A stretch of DNA of 64,000 nt from a virus (IMGVR_UViG_3300022689_000130:1-64000), one strand, 5' to 3'; shown: positions 8,185 to 18,239, numbered from the stretch's first letter. A program made the numbers and translations. Notes: generated by a model from the sequence alone, not told the origin.

Positions 8185-8718
8185 TTAGTTGTGAACGTAG
8201 AATAAATGCTCTCCGACGGTGGCAACCTGTGTGAATTCCGTGCTCCAAGCAGGCTCAACATATTCTGCGTGGTAGTAAGTGCTGCCTTCTGTATTGTCGG
8301 GCGCTTCTCCAGCGAGAACCAGTTCAGCAATCAGTTGCGCCCATTCCCAGGCAACAATCTCAGGCCAGTCGTCGTTCACTGGAGCCTGATCTGGTTTACC
8401 ATCACAATACCAGCTAAACTGGCAACGATGCTTGCTGATCTCAGAGCCATCAAGTGGTCCTTGCCGCACAACTTCACAGACGCTGTCAGGAAAATCAGGA
8501 CTTGCAACACGGTTTAGCGTCACATTAGCAACAGCCGCCATTGCTATTGCGTCCTGGTTGCGAGCCTCAAAATAGACATTCTTAGAGAGGCATTTTAGTT
8601 CTTGTGCATCGAGCTCAACGACTGATTCTGGTGTTATTTCATCTTGTAGTGGTTCTGCGTAAGCCGCTACTGATACAATTCCGATGATTTGTGCCATGAA
8701 TAGCGAAAATCTAATCAT
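8185..8718 (-). CDS. Cell wall hydrolase, SleB/Hydrolase_2 family, with signal peptide
   Basis: CLSKNVYFEAR, AVANVTLNRV, FPDSVCEVV.Q, CQFSWYCDG, YYHA.YV.P.W, GEHLFY. Confidence 0.93.
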   Translation of the reverse strand: MIRFSLFMAQIIGIVSVAAYAEPLQDEITPESVVELDAQELKCLSKNVYFEARNQDAIAMAAVANVTLNRVASPDFPDSVCEVVRQGPLDGSEISKHRCQFSWYCDGKPDQAPVNDDWPEIVAWEWAQLIAELVLAGEAPDNTEGSTYYHAEYVEPAWSTEFTQVATVGEHLFYVHN

Positions 8719-8775
8719 AACTTTCCTGTTTTGTTGTTACTGACAGGTTAGTTCTAAATGCTTGCTTTGTCTATG

Positions 8776-9213
8776 TCAAGGCAGTTCTTGGACTTCTGGC
8801 ACACCAATAAACTTTTGACCAGCAATCATGTTGCTATATTGCCACGGCCCCAAGTCATCGGCGAGATTGTCACGTGTGCGACACATGCGAATCATTACGG
8901 TTTGCGGAACAACCGTTGTGCGATCTTCAATCTGCACACATTCACGAAAGTTGCTTTGAAACTCTGCTGTTCCGTTGATACCCAATGCCAAGGCAAAGAA
9001 GAGACCAAAGACAAAAAACGGCAATGCAAGAAAGCTAACCAGCTTGCCTGCTCTTCCGTTCAAAGCAAGGTATAGCGGAATGCACATGATCGCTGTCCCC
9101 AAGATAACCGCAGTGAGAACCAACCATAGCTCTGCACTTGGCGCACCTGCAAACGCCCAAAGAAAAAAGTTAGCGTAAGCTTCTGCCATGGGCTGAACGA
9201 TGTCATACAGCAT
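8776..9213 (-). CDS. Hypothetical membrane protein
   Basis: Two to three hydrophobic segments. Confidence 0.7.
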   Translation of the reverse strand: MLYDIVQPMAEAYANFFLWAFAGAPSAELWLVLTAVILGTAIMCIPLYLALNGRAGKLVSFLALPFFVFGLFFALALGINGTAEFQSNFRECVQIEDRTTVVPQTVMIRMCRTRDNLADDLGPWQYSNMIAGQKFIGVPEVQELP

Positions 9214-9535
9214 TTCGCACCTTTAGGTAGTTGTTGAGATAGTTTTCGATATTGGCTTTACCAATGGGGTTTTGACTGTGCACATAGAAGTCAAACTCCA
9301 CAGGCAGAGCAAAATCGTCATCACCGTCCATGTCGAGATCGACAAGAAACTTAGCAATGTCGTAACCAGTATAGTTGTCTTCCCCGAGGTCATGATCAAA
9401 GCTGATGTATCCAGGCATGCCGTGAATCCGCAGACACATCTTAACCGCCTCCCAATCACGAGCCACGACCCAATAACGGTCGTCGTTACGGGGCGGGGCA
9501 CGTTCATCATCAATGAAGAGGCTGTAGCGGCTCAT
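9203..9535 (-). CDS. Cyclic-phosphate-processing receiver-like domain protein
   Basis: LFIDDER.P, ISFDHDLG, TGYD, VHSQNPIG motifs; start reassigned to MSRYSLF. Confidence 0.8.
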   Translation of the reverse strand: MSRYSLFIDDERAPPRNDDRYWVVARDWEAVKMCLRIHGMPGYISFDHDLGEDNYTGYDIAKFLVDLDMDGDDDFALPVEFDFYVHSQNPIGKANIENYLNNYLKVRNAV

Positions 9536-9657
9536 TTGTTTGCTCTCGTTGCATCCCATGCCATACGCATGAGACCTTTTACATAGGTAGGTGTTTGGTT
9601 GATCTTTGTATCACTACTCTTCACATATTCAGCAAGATAACATTCTTCAAAAGTCAT
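9532..9657 (-). CDS. Hypothetical 41-aa protein (not in ORF track)
   Basis: MTFEECYLAEYVKSSDTKINQTPTYVKGLMRMAWDATRANK; coupled on both sides (TAATG, ATGA). Confidence 0.65.
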   Translation of the reverse strand: MTFEECYLAEYVKSSDTKINQTPTYVKGLMRMAWDATRANK

Positions 9658-9863
9658 TAATCTGATCTACATACGTCGCAAAGAGCAGCAAAACGCTCTT
9701 CGTCCCATCCAAGAATATAGCGAAAGGACTCGAGTGCGTCAATTGCTTTTACACCTCCATGAATTTCATCCATGTCTGCTGCCCAAACAAGGAACGGCAT
9801 GATATCCATGAGACAATCCCCGAGTGAACGGGCGTTGGCAAAATCTTCAGTTGTCCTCTGCAT
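9657..9863 (-). CDS. Hypothetical protein
   Basis: 68-aa ORF with GGAG SD. Confidence 0.7.
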   Translation of the reverse strand: MQRTTEDFANARSLGDCLMDIMPFLVWAADMDEIHGGVKAIDALESFRYILGWDEERFAALCDVCRSD

Positions 9864-9906
9864 CAGAACAACTCCAGAATAAGGGCCAGACCGGATTCTG
9901 TTAGCA

Positions 9907-10209
9907 TCAATTGACCTCCGGAAAAAGCATCACTACATGCTTGTAAGCGCGGTCGATTTGACGTGGTGTCCAGTGTTCCTTAGCCAATCTGTCAGCGAGT
10001 TCGAGAGAATCGCCACGCAGAGCCACTGACTCTTTCGCGACGTTGAATAGCTGACGCTTATTGAGGTTTTCGAAGCTGTTCATGGCTTCTTCATCGTCAT
10101 GGAATACAGGATTTGCCAATGCAAATGTGGTGATCTCGGTGACCCCCATTGGCACAACAACCTTTGCGATGATGCGAAGCTTGCCGTCGTCACAGAGTTT
10201 AGATCTCAT
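9907..10209 (-). CDS. Hypothetical protein
   Basis: 100-aa ORF with AAGGA SD and upstream TTGACA promoter. Confidence 0.75.
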   Translation of the reverse strand: MRSKLCDDGKLRIIAKVVVPMGVTEITTFALANPVFHDDEEAMNSFENLNKRQLFNVAKESVALRGDSLELADRLAKEHWTPRQIDRAYKHVVMLFPEVN

Positions 10210-10282
10210 GATTTAAGTCCTTTAGTTACGTTATGTCAATATAATATGGCAAGACACTTCGCTTGTCAACCAAAAAGTTTTA

Positions 10283-11992
10283 CTAAGCCTCGATATAATC
10301 TAGCTTAACAGTCCAATCAACAGTGTGTGCAGTTTCTCCTGTAACTTGGACGCGGAAATCTGTCCCGCCCACCACATCAACCGTGAGATCATAATTTGCT
10401 GTGGCAGGCGTGCTGTTGTAAACGGTTTTATTACCACTGGTGCCAACAACAGTAACGGTTCCGTTTCTATTATCAACCAATCCTTCTATCTTGATCGCTG
10501 TGGTATCTGATGTTCCTTGGCGGTTTGCAACCGCTGTAATCTCAATAAACCAGACTGTGTTGACTTCAGGTGTTCTACGCGATACTGGAGTGCCAAACAG
10601 AACTTCTGTAGCTGAATTATTTGTCGTTTGCACCGTGCCGCGCCATGCAGTTTGTGCAGGCGCGGCGGCGCTGCCTACAACAAAGTAATCAGCCAGTGTG
10701 CCAGTCGTGCCTCCATTGTTAAGATAAGTGACTCCGTTATCGGTTCGGTAAACCATCTGGCCCAGAGAGCTGTTGCTGATAAGCAGGGCCTGTTCGCTAT
10801 TGACAATCAGTGTAGGACTTTCAACATTTGTGATGTTGTTAACTGTATCGTTGCTAGCACTATTTGCTTCTTCACGTGCTTCGGTAATAGGATTGGTAGT
10901 AAGTCCTCCAGCATTCCAACCTGGTTGGTTGACTGGCTCTGGCACATTACCAACACTGGTTTCTGGGTTTTCTTGGCTTACAACACGAGTGAATCCAATG
11001 ATCTCGCCACAGTAATTGTATACTGGTTGTTGCTCTGAAATATCTGGAGTTGGGTTTGGTGTGCGTCGTAGAATACGCAATAAATCTTCATCACAAAATG
11101 TTTCGAAAATATTGTTATAGACATTGCCGTCACTATCTTGAACTTGGTAACTTCCTAGCTGTTGATAGGCGGCCCAAAGGCTGCTACCATTTCGTACCGC
11201 CCCTTGAATACCTTCATCGTTTGCATTATAAAGAACCCCAATTCCGTCATTGACTGGGCGAGGCTTTTCAGCAAGATCACTACCGCCGTTGTCATATGTT
11301 CCAACGATATTATTCTCGCGACCAATAAGATCGTCAATATCTGCGACTACTCGATTGATATCAGCAATGAGACTGTCTTCAACGGCACTAAGATCGTCGA
11401 TGTTATCCCAAACTTTTTTGAGGATCCCTCCAGAAAAAATGGCGCCGTTAAACTCTCCGTCAATCAAACAACCGCCAATCTCGTCTGGAATGATTTGTCC
11501 GATTGCATCAACGATTGCACGACCTGCTCCAAGAAAACTGTCCATGGCATTTTCAAGAACGTTAGGTATTTGAATAGGATCAAGCGGTGCAGAGCAAAAA
11601 TTAATCATATTTGCGATGCTAGTGATCTCGGCAATCATGTTATTGATTCGCCCTAGAACTTCGTCCAACTTGAGATGATCTAGGAATCGGTCAAATGCCT
11701 GATCCATTTCTTCCAAAGCACTATACAGCGCATCTGTAACATTGCCAACAATTCCTCCGAGCAACTCTTTAAGATTGAGACTGATACAAATTTGAATATT
11801 TGGAAGCTTGAGACCGAGTCCTGCCAGCAAACTACAAATGATTTCTTTGAGTGTGAAATCATATTCAGCACTGATAACTAAGCGCCCAACATCTGCAACA
11901 CTTCCTGATAATTCGGCATTGATAGAATTTTGTGCATTCAGATAGTCATTGAGATCACGAAGCCCGTTCGGAAAATCAGTATATTCCACCAT
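10283..11992 (-). CDS. Probable virion structural (baseplate/tail) protein
   Basis: 569 aa, adjacent to PAAR gene, Thr/Gly-rich beta-type C-terminus. Confidence 0.5.
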   Translation of the reverse strand: MVEYTDFPNGLRDLNDYLNAQNSINAELSGSVADVGRLVISAEYDFTLKEIICSLLAGLGLKLPNIQICISLNLKELLGGIVGNVTDALYSALEEMDQAFDRFLDHLKLDEVLGRINNMIAEITSIANMINFCSAPLDPIQIPNVLENAMDSFLGAGRAIVDAIGQIIPDEIGGCLIDGEFNGAIFSGGILKKVWDNIDDLSAVEDSLIADINRVVADIDDLIGRENNIVGTYDNGGSDLAEKPRPVNDGIGVLYNANDEGIQGAVRNGSSLWAAYQQLGSYQVQDSDGNVYNNIFETFCDEDLLRILRRTPNPTPDISEQQPVYNYCGEIIGFTRVVSQENPETSVGNVPEPVNQPGWNAGGLTTNPITEAREEANSASNDTVNNITNVESPTLIVNSEQALLISNSSLGQMVYRTDNGVTYLNNGGTTGTLADYFVVGSAAAPAQTAWRGTVQTTNNSATEVLFGTPVSRRTPEVNTVWFIEITAVANRQGTSDTTAIKIEGLVDNRNGTVTVVGTSGNKTVYNSTPATANYDLTVDVVGGTDFRVQVTGETAHTVDWTVKLDYIEA

Positions 11993-12016
11993 TAATCACA
12001 TTTCCTATAATCTTGA

Positions 12017-12355
12017 TCATCCACCAGTTCCACCACCTGCAACGCCATTGCAAGCAAATACATTGGGACTAGCGCCAACACTTACTGGGTTACAGTGTGG
12101 AGAGCCGCGCGCCCGCGCGCGGCCAGAACAGAAAGTGTCAGGAGCGGCTTCGCTGCCTTTTAACACCACTTTGATGTTATTGATAAACACTGTACCATCA
12201 TTTACATTTGCAGAAAGCGCGCCGCCACCGTGAGTATTCGGATCGCCTTGGACACTAGCTAGCTGATTGTTTACATAAACGGTACCTTGACCTCTAACGG
12301 TAGTGGTTGCGCCGCAGGCGCGGCCGTCATTATTGCGATGCACTGGAACGTTCAT
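12017..12355 (-). CDS. PAAR-repeat baseplate spike protein (gp5.4-like)
   Basis: PVHRNND..CG, GTVYVNN, TVFINN, H-C...SPNVF. Confidence 0.85.
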   Translation of the reverse strand: MNVPVHRNNDGRACGATTTVRGQGTVYVNNQLASVQGDPNTHGGGALSANVNDGTVFINNIKVVLKGSEAAPDTFCSGRARARGSPHCNPVSVGASPNVFACNGVAGGGTGG

Positions 12356-12375
12356 ATATACTCCTTATAAAGTAT

Positions 12376-12711
12376 TTATGGTGTGATTAAGCCTGGATTA
12401 CTTGTTGAAAGATCAAGACCGCCAGTCTGCTGCAAATATGCATCAGCAAATTGCTTATTGGTTAACATAGGGCTGATAATCATAGTATCTTTGTTAAATT
12501 TGATTTCATTGTTGGTATCACTATGCAAGTAATCGCATGACATCACAAATGGCGCAAGTCCCATTGACTGCTGACCGGCTGGAACCGGCACAACTGGCTT
12601 ACGAAGAGTGATACTTGTAGTATCTTCTTGAACAAACCGCCCAATGACTTCTTCACCTGAGACTAGCTTGATAGTTACTACGTCGTTTGTTTTGATTTTT
12701 GTTTGTAACAT
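12376..12711 (-). CDS. Hypothetical protein, possible Sm-like fold
   Basis: VVTIKLVSGEEVIGRF....SITLRKP resembles the Sm1 motif. Confidence 0.5.
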   Translation of the reverse strand: MLQTKIKTNDVVTIKLVSGEEVIGRFVQEDTTSITLRKPVVPVPAGQQSMGLAPFVMSCDYLHSDTNNEIKFNKDTMIISPMLTNKQFADAYLQQTGGLDLSTSNPGLITP

Positions 12712-12987
12712 TTAGGCTCCTGAGTTTCCTGACCACATATTGTGGTCTTCGTAGTATTGACAGAGGGCGAGATAGTCACCAACGAATTCACCATGAACCC
12801 AGATTTGCGGAACCGTCTTGGGTGCTCCAGGATTTACTTGGTCAAGAGTTTCAAGCAATGTCTCTCTTAACTCTGGGCTTTCGCTAATGTTGCGCTCTTC
12901 GTATTTGATTCCGCTGCGATCGAGCATTTCTTTTGCTTGGTCACAATATGGGCAACCGTTCTTGCTCCATACAATTGTTTCTGCCAT
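12712..12987 (-). CDS. Glutaredoxin
   Basis: CPYC active site, TVPQIW..GEFVG. Confidence 0.93.
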   Translation of the reverse strand: MAETIVWSKNGCPYCDQAKEMLDRSGIKYEERNISESPELRETLLETLDQVNPGAPKTVPQIWVHGEFVGDYLALCQYYEDHNMWSGNSGA

Positions 12988-12995
12988 TGTCTTTC

Positions 12996-13427
12996 CTATA
13001 GTTCATAAACGTAGACCTCGTGGTCTTCAAATAGTCCCTCGACTAGAACACTTACTTGATCCCAGTCAAGGCCGCCAAGGCCGCAGCCAATTTTAGGCAT
13101 AGCGATGCTTACCAATTCGTTTGCTTCCATATAATCAGCAATGTCAGCAAGACAGTAACCTACGGCTGTAAGGTCAGCATACTGTTTTCCATCACGTCCG
13201 TATTTTTGTTGAGTAAAAGCATTTACCCAAATGCGATCAGCATGTGGGACATACTGGCAAGTTCCCAATGTTTTGGGTTCGTGCTTGAGATATGCCTCAC
13301 GCACTGCTGGGTATTTGCGTCGTATGGCTCCGGCGACTCCGCTTCCAAAGCCGCCGGAACAATTACATCCATGAGCGATGACCTGTTGCTGCGCATCGGT
13401 TACATCTCCCTTAACGTAGTGGATCAT
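12996..13427 (-). CDS. Macrodomain protein (TARG1/DarG/T4 Tk.4-like)
   Basis: YVKGDV, IAHGCNC.GGFGSGVA, IAMPKIGCGLGGLDW; start reassigned to MIHYVKG. Confidence 0.9.
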   Translation of the reverse strand: MIHYVKGDVTDAQQQVIAHGCNCSGGFGSGVAGAIRRKYPAVREAYLKHEPKTLGTCQYVPHADRIWVNAFTQQKYGRDGKQYADLTAVGYCLADIADYMEANELVSIAMPKIGCGLGGLDWDQVSVLVEGLFEDHEVYVYEL

Positions 13428-13508
13428 TTGAATACCTTTTATAAATAATATTGTGGTTCGCGGCGCGCTAACACCCAACCACTCTATAATACATGAGGAT
13501 ATTACAGC

Positions 13509-14153
13509 ATGAATACTTATCAACCCTACACCTATCTGATCGGATGGTCTAATCTTGACCGCTGGTATTATGGTGTCAGATACGCACAAGGTTGCCATCC
13601 GTCTGATCTTTGGGTCTCTTACTTTACATCTTCCAAACATGTATCTCTTTTTCGTGAAGAGCATGGTGAACCTGACGTTATTCAAGTTCGCCGACTTTTT
13701 AAAACTGCACAAGACGCAGTTCTTTGGGAAGACAAAGTCTTACGTCGCACTGACGCTATTTACAATGACTGTTGGATAAATCGCTCCAATGCAGGTCATT
13801 GGGATACAACGTTATCTAATCCGAATCCTCTTGCTGGAAAAACATATGAAGAGGTTTATGGTGAAAAAGGGTTGCGATGGCTTGAGCGAAAACGGCAAGG
13901 AAATATTGACTGGTGGGATTCTGCCAAATCTGACAACTGGCGAAAAGAACTATCGATTCGATCCAAACAAAATACCAAATTTACCACTAAAGGTCTTGTT
14001 CCACATAATAAAGTTTTTGATACCTTTGATTTTACTTGTGAGTTCTGTGGATGTCAAGAAACTCGTCGCGATACCGCTACGCAACGAAAGAAGAAAACTT
14101 GCGGATCCAAATCGTGTGCGCAGAAATGGACCCGCAAGTATCGCCCTCGTTAG
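13509..14153 (+). mobile_element. Free-standing GIY-YIG (Seg-like) homing endonuclease, inverted orientation
   Basis: PYTYLIGW...WYYGVR, YFTSS, WE.KVL, WIN; GKTYEEVYG and C-terminal CxxC...CxxxxC; own TATAAATA at 13440. Confidence 0.8.
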
Positions 14154-16363
14154 ATTTCGCACCCCCCAGCATAGCAGGCTTGAGCTCCAGTCTGATCAAT
14201 ATCAACATAGGTCTTCTTGCTGAGTCCTGTTAAGAAATTAATTGGCTGCATATTTTGCTGAATCTTAGTCCACTTATGAAGCAGGAACACATCCTTCAAA
14301 CAGTATTCTGCTGTCTTCTCGTCACCATCAAAATAGTTCTTTGCAAACTTCTTGAAACGACGGACCCACTCAGCACCAAGGTCAGCTTGTTCACCACGCT
14401 GCTCATCAGGTTGCTGTGCCGCAAATGTAGCTGACCACAGATCACCAAAGCCTTTGGTTGACTCAACAATCAAGCCGCTAGCAAACATTGCTGCACGACC
14501 ATATTTGTCGACAATCTGCTGCTCAGTTAGGACCTCAGTGAATGGTGCTTGGTCGAAGTCCTTGTCGCCGCTTGCGCTAATAAAGCTGATACCTGCAAAG
14601 CTATCACGGTTATTGAACAGATACTCTTCTACCTCTTCCCACTGGTCAGGCCCAACCTGAACTGTGTTAGAAACGTTGTGACGAACTGTTGGGTCTACGC
14701 ATAGCTCTTTGTCTGTGCCATACTCAACCCAGCTATTCTGCACAAGTTTGACCTTTTCAAGTAGATTAACACCGTAAAGATCACGCTTGAATAGACTTTC
14801 TTTTGGTGCGATTACCGGGAAAGCAATCTGGTAGTCGGTGCCGTTTGTTGACCATACGCTCTCTTCAACCATGTAAGGATTGCTTGCTGCGAATAGCTGT
14901 GCAACTTCCTGGTCCTTGTTCATTTGAACGTGACGTAGGTAGCGTGGGCTGTGGTCACCGTGAATACCGCTTGATGTGCCCAGTAGAACGCTTGCGTTGC
15001 CGCTTGGCTTAACGCAGGTTGTGCGAGCTGCTGGGTTGATGTCAATAAGCTTGGCAACTTGCTTGTTAACACGCTTTACTAGCTCTGCGCCTTCACGTAG
15101 TGTATCCTCGTTGAACAGGATTTCTGGGTTGTTCATCCAACCTGTCAAGCTGACACCAATCAATGCTTCGCGGTCGAAGATTTTCTTGCTGACATCACCA
15201 AGGAATTTGAAGTCTGTGTAACCAGCTTGTAAGGTTCCTAGGATAGCACCAGCACGGCAAACCTTGAGGAATTCCTCTTTCGTCGTGCACTTCGCACCGT
15301 TGCCTTCGCTGAGGTTACAACCCTGCCAACCTGAAATCTTTGAGCCATCCTCTTCAATCCAAACAGGATACTTGCCGATTTCAACACAAGGGTTGTATGT
15401 GTGTTCAGTGCTTTCGGTGAACACAAAACCTGGCTCGCCGAACTGGCGAATACTCTTCATTATGTCAGCAAACTGCTCGCGGTCAGCTTCCTTGCGAACA
15501 ATCACTGCTGAGTTGTTTGAACGTCCACGCTGTGGGTTTTTGATATACCAATCACCAGTTTTGGCTTCAATCATTTCCTTGTCATCTGGGCTGAACAAGC
15601 AGATGGTAGCTGAACGACGAACACCGCCAGCTAGAACAGCGTCGGCGGCGTGCATACAAATATCGTAGACTTCGATTGGCTTGAGTGTGGCGCGGCCTGC
15701 AAGAACTACGCCCTGCACAAGATGTTCGATCTTGTCAAGTGCACGACGTAGGGGCTCTGGACCTGGGGCTTTGAATCCACCAGAAATCATAGCGCCTTTG
15801 GGACGGACTTTATTGAGGTCAAAGTATACGCGCCGCCCCTGATATTCTGGGTGCTTTCCACCATCTTCAAAGAAACTTGACATCAAAACATCAAGTGCTG
15901 TTGCCCAGCCTTCAATGCTATCTTCTACTTCATGGATCTTGGCTTGGCCTTTGCGTTGCACCACTTTTGGCAACTTCGCAACGTGATGTTTCTGAACTGA
16001 GAAGCCAGCACCAGCACCACATAGGAGAACGTAGAACAACTCGCCAAAGAAGGCTGGGCGGTCTGCATAACTAGAGGTACAGTTGAACATACGCATATGA
16101 TGCTTCATCAACTGCTCACCACCAAATTGTAGAGCTCGCTGAGCACCGAGGACATACTTGAGTTTGTAGAGTGCTTCTGCTTCGTCAATCAACAGGGACA
16201 GTTCTTCATTCATCTTGTCCTTGTAAAATTCACGGTGCATGTTCATCACACGCGAGACACTTTCTTCCCAGGTTTCGTATCTACCTAGTTTATCATCCCA
16301 ACGGCTATATCCTTCGTAAAATTTAGCCTCTCCCATAAGGGCGCGGGTATCGATATCTTTCAT
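14150..16363 (-). CDS. nrdJ: Class II (adenosylcobalamin-dependent) ribonucleotide reductase
   Basis: FNCT, GGVRRSA, NPCVEI thiyl-radical loop, CNLSE, TTCVKPSG, C-terminal ACYAGGCEI; no beta subunit nearby. Confidence 0.9.
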   Translation of the reverse strand: MKDIDTRALMGEAKFYEGYSRWDDKLGRYETWEESVSRVMNMHREFYKDKMNEELSLLIDEAEALYKLKYVLGAQRALQFGGEQLMKHHMRMFNCTSSYADRPAFFGELFYVLLCGAGAGFSVQKHHVAKLPKVVQRKGQAKIHEVEDSIEGWATALDVLMSSFFEDGGKHPEYQGRRVYFDLNKVRPKGAMISGGFKAPGPEPLRRALDKIEHLVQGVVLAGRATLKPIEVYDICMHAADAVLAGGVRRSATICLFSPDDKEMIEAKTGDWYIKNPQRGRSNNSAVIVRKEADREQFADIMKSIRQFGEPGFVFTESTEHTYNPCVEIGKYPVWIEEDGSKISGWQGCNLSEGNGAKCTTKEEFLKVCRAGAILGTLQAGYTDFKFLGDVSKKIFDREALIGVSLTGWMNNPEILFNEDTLREGAELVKRVNKQVAKLIDINPAARTTCVKPSGNASVLLGTSSGIHGDHSPRYLRHVQMNKDQEVAQLFAASNPYMVEESVWSTNGTDYQIAFPVIAPKESLFKRDLYGVNLLEKVKLVQNSWVEYGTDKELCVDPTVRHNVSNTVQVGPDQWEEVEEYLFNNRDSFAGISFISASGDKDFDQAPFTEVLTEQQIVDKYGRAAMFASGLIVESTKGFGDLWSATFAAQQPDEQRGEQADLGAEWVRRFKKFAKNYFDGDEKTAEYCLKDVFLLHKWTKIQQNMQPINFLTGLSKKTYVDIDQTGAQACYAGGCEI

Positions 16364-16379
16364 TGCGTTCTCCTGCTTG

Positions 16380-16892
16380 TTAATATTGATTTTCTAGGAG
16401 AGCTCGTTGTATATCCCACGACTCTCTTGTTTCTAAAGAATCAACACTGGGATTGATGATTTTTCCGTGGAGTGAGTTGAGAGCATAAAGACCGCCAAAG
16501 TTGGCAATCATATATTCATCACCGTAAGTGTGATCGCGGACGCGATCTAGGGTGACCTTTACGTCTGGATCCATATAATGCATGTTATACGCCATCGCTA
16601 GGCCCCTGCTATACTTACAGCATTCACCTTGATGGATGATTTCCCAGACAGTTGGCCAAGATTCAGGATTGTATGGGTCTATAGCTACATTCACCGCTGG
16701 GGTTTGTTCCCACCAGGTGCTGATAGCTTCAAGGCAACTCATGAGAATTGCTTGATCCGCATCGCTTCCGTTAGCCTCGTAATGATTATACGAGGATTGA
16801 AGCTCAATCCTAAACTCTCTCCAACTTGCTAGACGTTCATCGGGTGAACGCAACCACAAATTTCGTAACTGACTAGTGTTCAGTTGTTCCAA
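16380..16892 (-). CDS. Hypothetical protein
   Basis: 170 aa, RL.SWREFR, DPYNPESWPTVWE; TTG start. Confidence 0.7.
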   Translation of the reverse strand: MEQLNTSQLRNLWLRSPDERLASWREFRIELQSSYNHYEANGSDADQAILMSCLEAISTWWEQTPAVNVAIDPYNPESWPTVWEIIHQGECCKYSRGLAMAYNMHYMDPDVKVTLDRVRDHTYGDEYMIANFGGLYALNSLHGKIINPSVDSLETRESWDIQRALLENQY

Positions 16893-17078
16893 AGTGTTGA
16901 CTATATTTTGTTTTCACAACGTATAGTGCGCTGATATCTTATACTAGATATAGTTGCGTCTATCCCGTCTTCAATGTTTATTTAGCTACTTGCTAAGTTT
17001 CATCATTAAAAATAGCATATATCTTATTGATTGTAAAAGGTTTTTTGTATCTGAATTAGTAACTTTAAAAACCCACAA

Positions 17079-17750
17079 TCAAAGCTGATAATATTGTGCA
17101 ACCCTACTCGCTGCCTCATTAACATAAAAGTTATACTCATCACCAGTAATTTCAAACATTTGAAATTCACAATCTCTTGAACACATAAAAATAGCAACTG
17201 TTTTTATGTCTGTTCCGAACAAATAATTGTGTGCTTCTGCGTAAAGACATCCTTGAGCAAAATAATCAGTTATCCATTCTTTCTTTTTTGGTTTGTTGGT
17301 TTGTTTGAAATCAAAAATAGCTGGTGATCCTTTCCACACTCCGGCTCCATCAGCCGTGCCAGCATAAAGTCCTGGATTATATAAAGAGACTTCTGATCCC
17401 CAAGCTTCATCTAGGTGTGATTCAATGTTTTCAACCACAGTTTCTGCCATGCGATTGGCAGTAATATTGAGCATGTTCTTACCAGGTGTCCATCCGCCCT
17501 TCAACAGCCAGTCTTCGAGAAACCCGTGCATAAGTGTCCCTACATTGGCTGCTTCTTTCGTGATACGTGCTGCTTCTTCATGCCCAACACGATTGCGCCA
17601 CTCGTTCAACTTTTCAACGGCTTCGGCTGGCTTGGTCTTATCAAGGATGGTTGTTACGCTGGGGAGAAATCCGCTCTCGGTGTCATAGAGCCGCTTTCCT
17701 TCAACGCGAGTGCGTTTTATTTCCTGGTAAGGATATCTTTCAATGATCAT
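17079..17750 (-). CDS. PD-(D/E)xK exonuclease (Cas4/RecB-like)
   Basis: LPSVTTIL, GTLMH, E..L...YAGTAD, IFDFKQT, Q...Y. Confidence 0.88.
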   Translation of the reverse strand: MIIERYPYQEIKRTRVEGKRLYDTESGFLPSVTTILDKTKPAEAVEKLNEWRNRVGHEEAARITKEAANVGTLMHGFLEDWLLKGGWTPGKNMLNITANRMAETVVENIESHLDEAWGSEVSLYNPGLYAGTADGAGVWKGSPAIFDFKQTNKPKKKEWITDYFAQGCLYAEAHNYLFGTDIKTVAIFMCSRDCEFQMFEITGDEYNFYVNEAASRVAQYYQL

Positions 17751-17798
17751 AATCGTGATAATACACTGAAATCATTGAAGTGTCTAGAGATTTTTACG

Positions 17799-18239
17799 TT
17801 ATCTTCTAAATGGCGAGCGCTGTCCTGGATACCAAAATTCGCCATTGAGGATATCTTCGATATATTCCTCGAGCTGCTCCTGTTTCATATCGAGTTCTTG
17901 TGACAAAATATAGTCAGCAATCATCTTACTATATTTTTGACTTTTACCCAAATGGCCCAGGTGTGCTGAGACAAGCATTCTTACATATTTCTCGTCTTGG
18001 TTGGTAAAATACTTTTGCTCATAAGCTTCATCCATAAATGCTGATTCAGCTAATTCTTTAATCTGGCCCATAGCTGCCATGATCGCTGATTGAACACCTT
18101 CTTCAACGTCATCATCTAGTCTCATACCTGGAATTTGTTCAAGCAATCCTTCAAGATGTTCTATAATATCACTTACATCATTACCTGTTGATTCTTGAAC
18201 TTTTGTTCCAGCTAGTTGTCGTAGTCTGTTAATGTCCAT
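17799..18239 (-). CDS. Acidic protein with RLxxLAG leader (putative internal head protein)
   Basis: Starts MDINRLRQLAGTKVQE. Confidence 0.7.
   Translation of the reverse strand: MDINRLRQLAGTKVQESTGNDVSDIIEHLEGLLEQIPGMRLDDDVEEGVQSAIMAAMGQIKELAESAFMDEAYEQKYFTNQDEKYVRMLVSAHLGHLGKSQKYSKMIADYILSQELDMKQEQLEEYIEDILNGEFWYPGQRSPFRR

Noticed and set aside
12996-13712. 238-aa extended macrodomain ORF
   Set aside because: The N-terminal 95 codons are antisense to the GIY-YIG gene and its promoter; the real start is at 13427 with an AAGG SD
17079-17750. Cas4-like nuclease suggesting a CRISPR system
   Set aside because: No repeat-spacer array or other cas genes seen; this exonuclease type is common in T4-like phages
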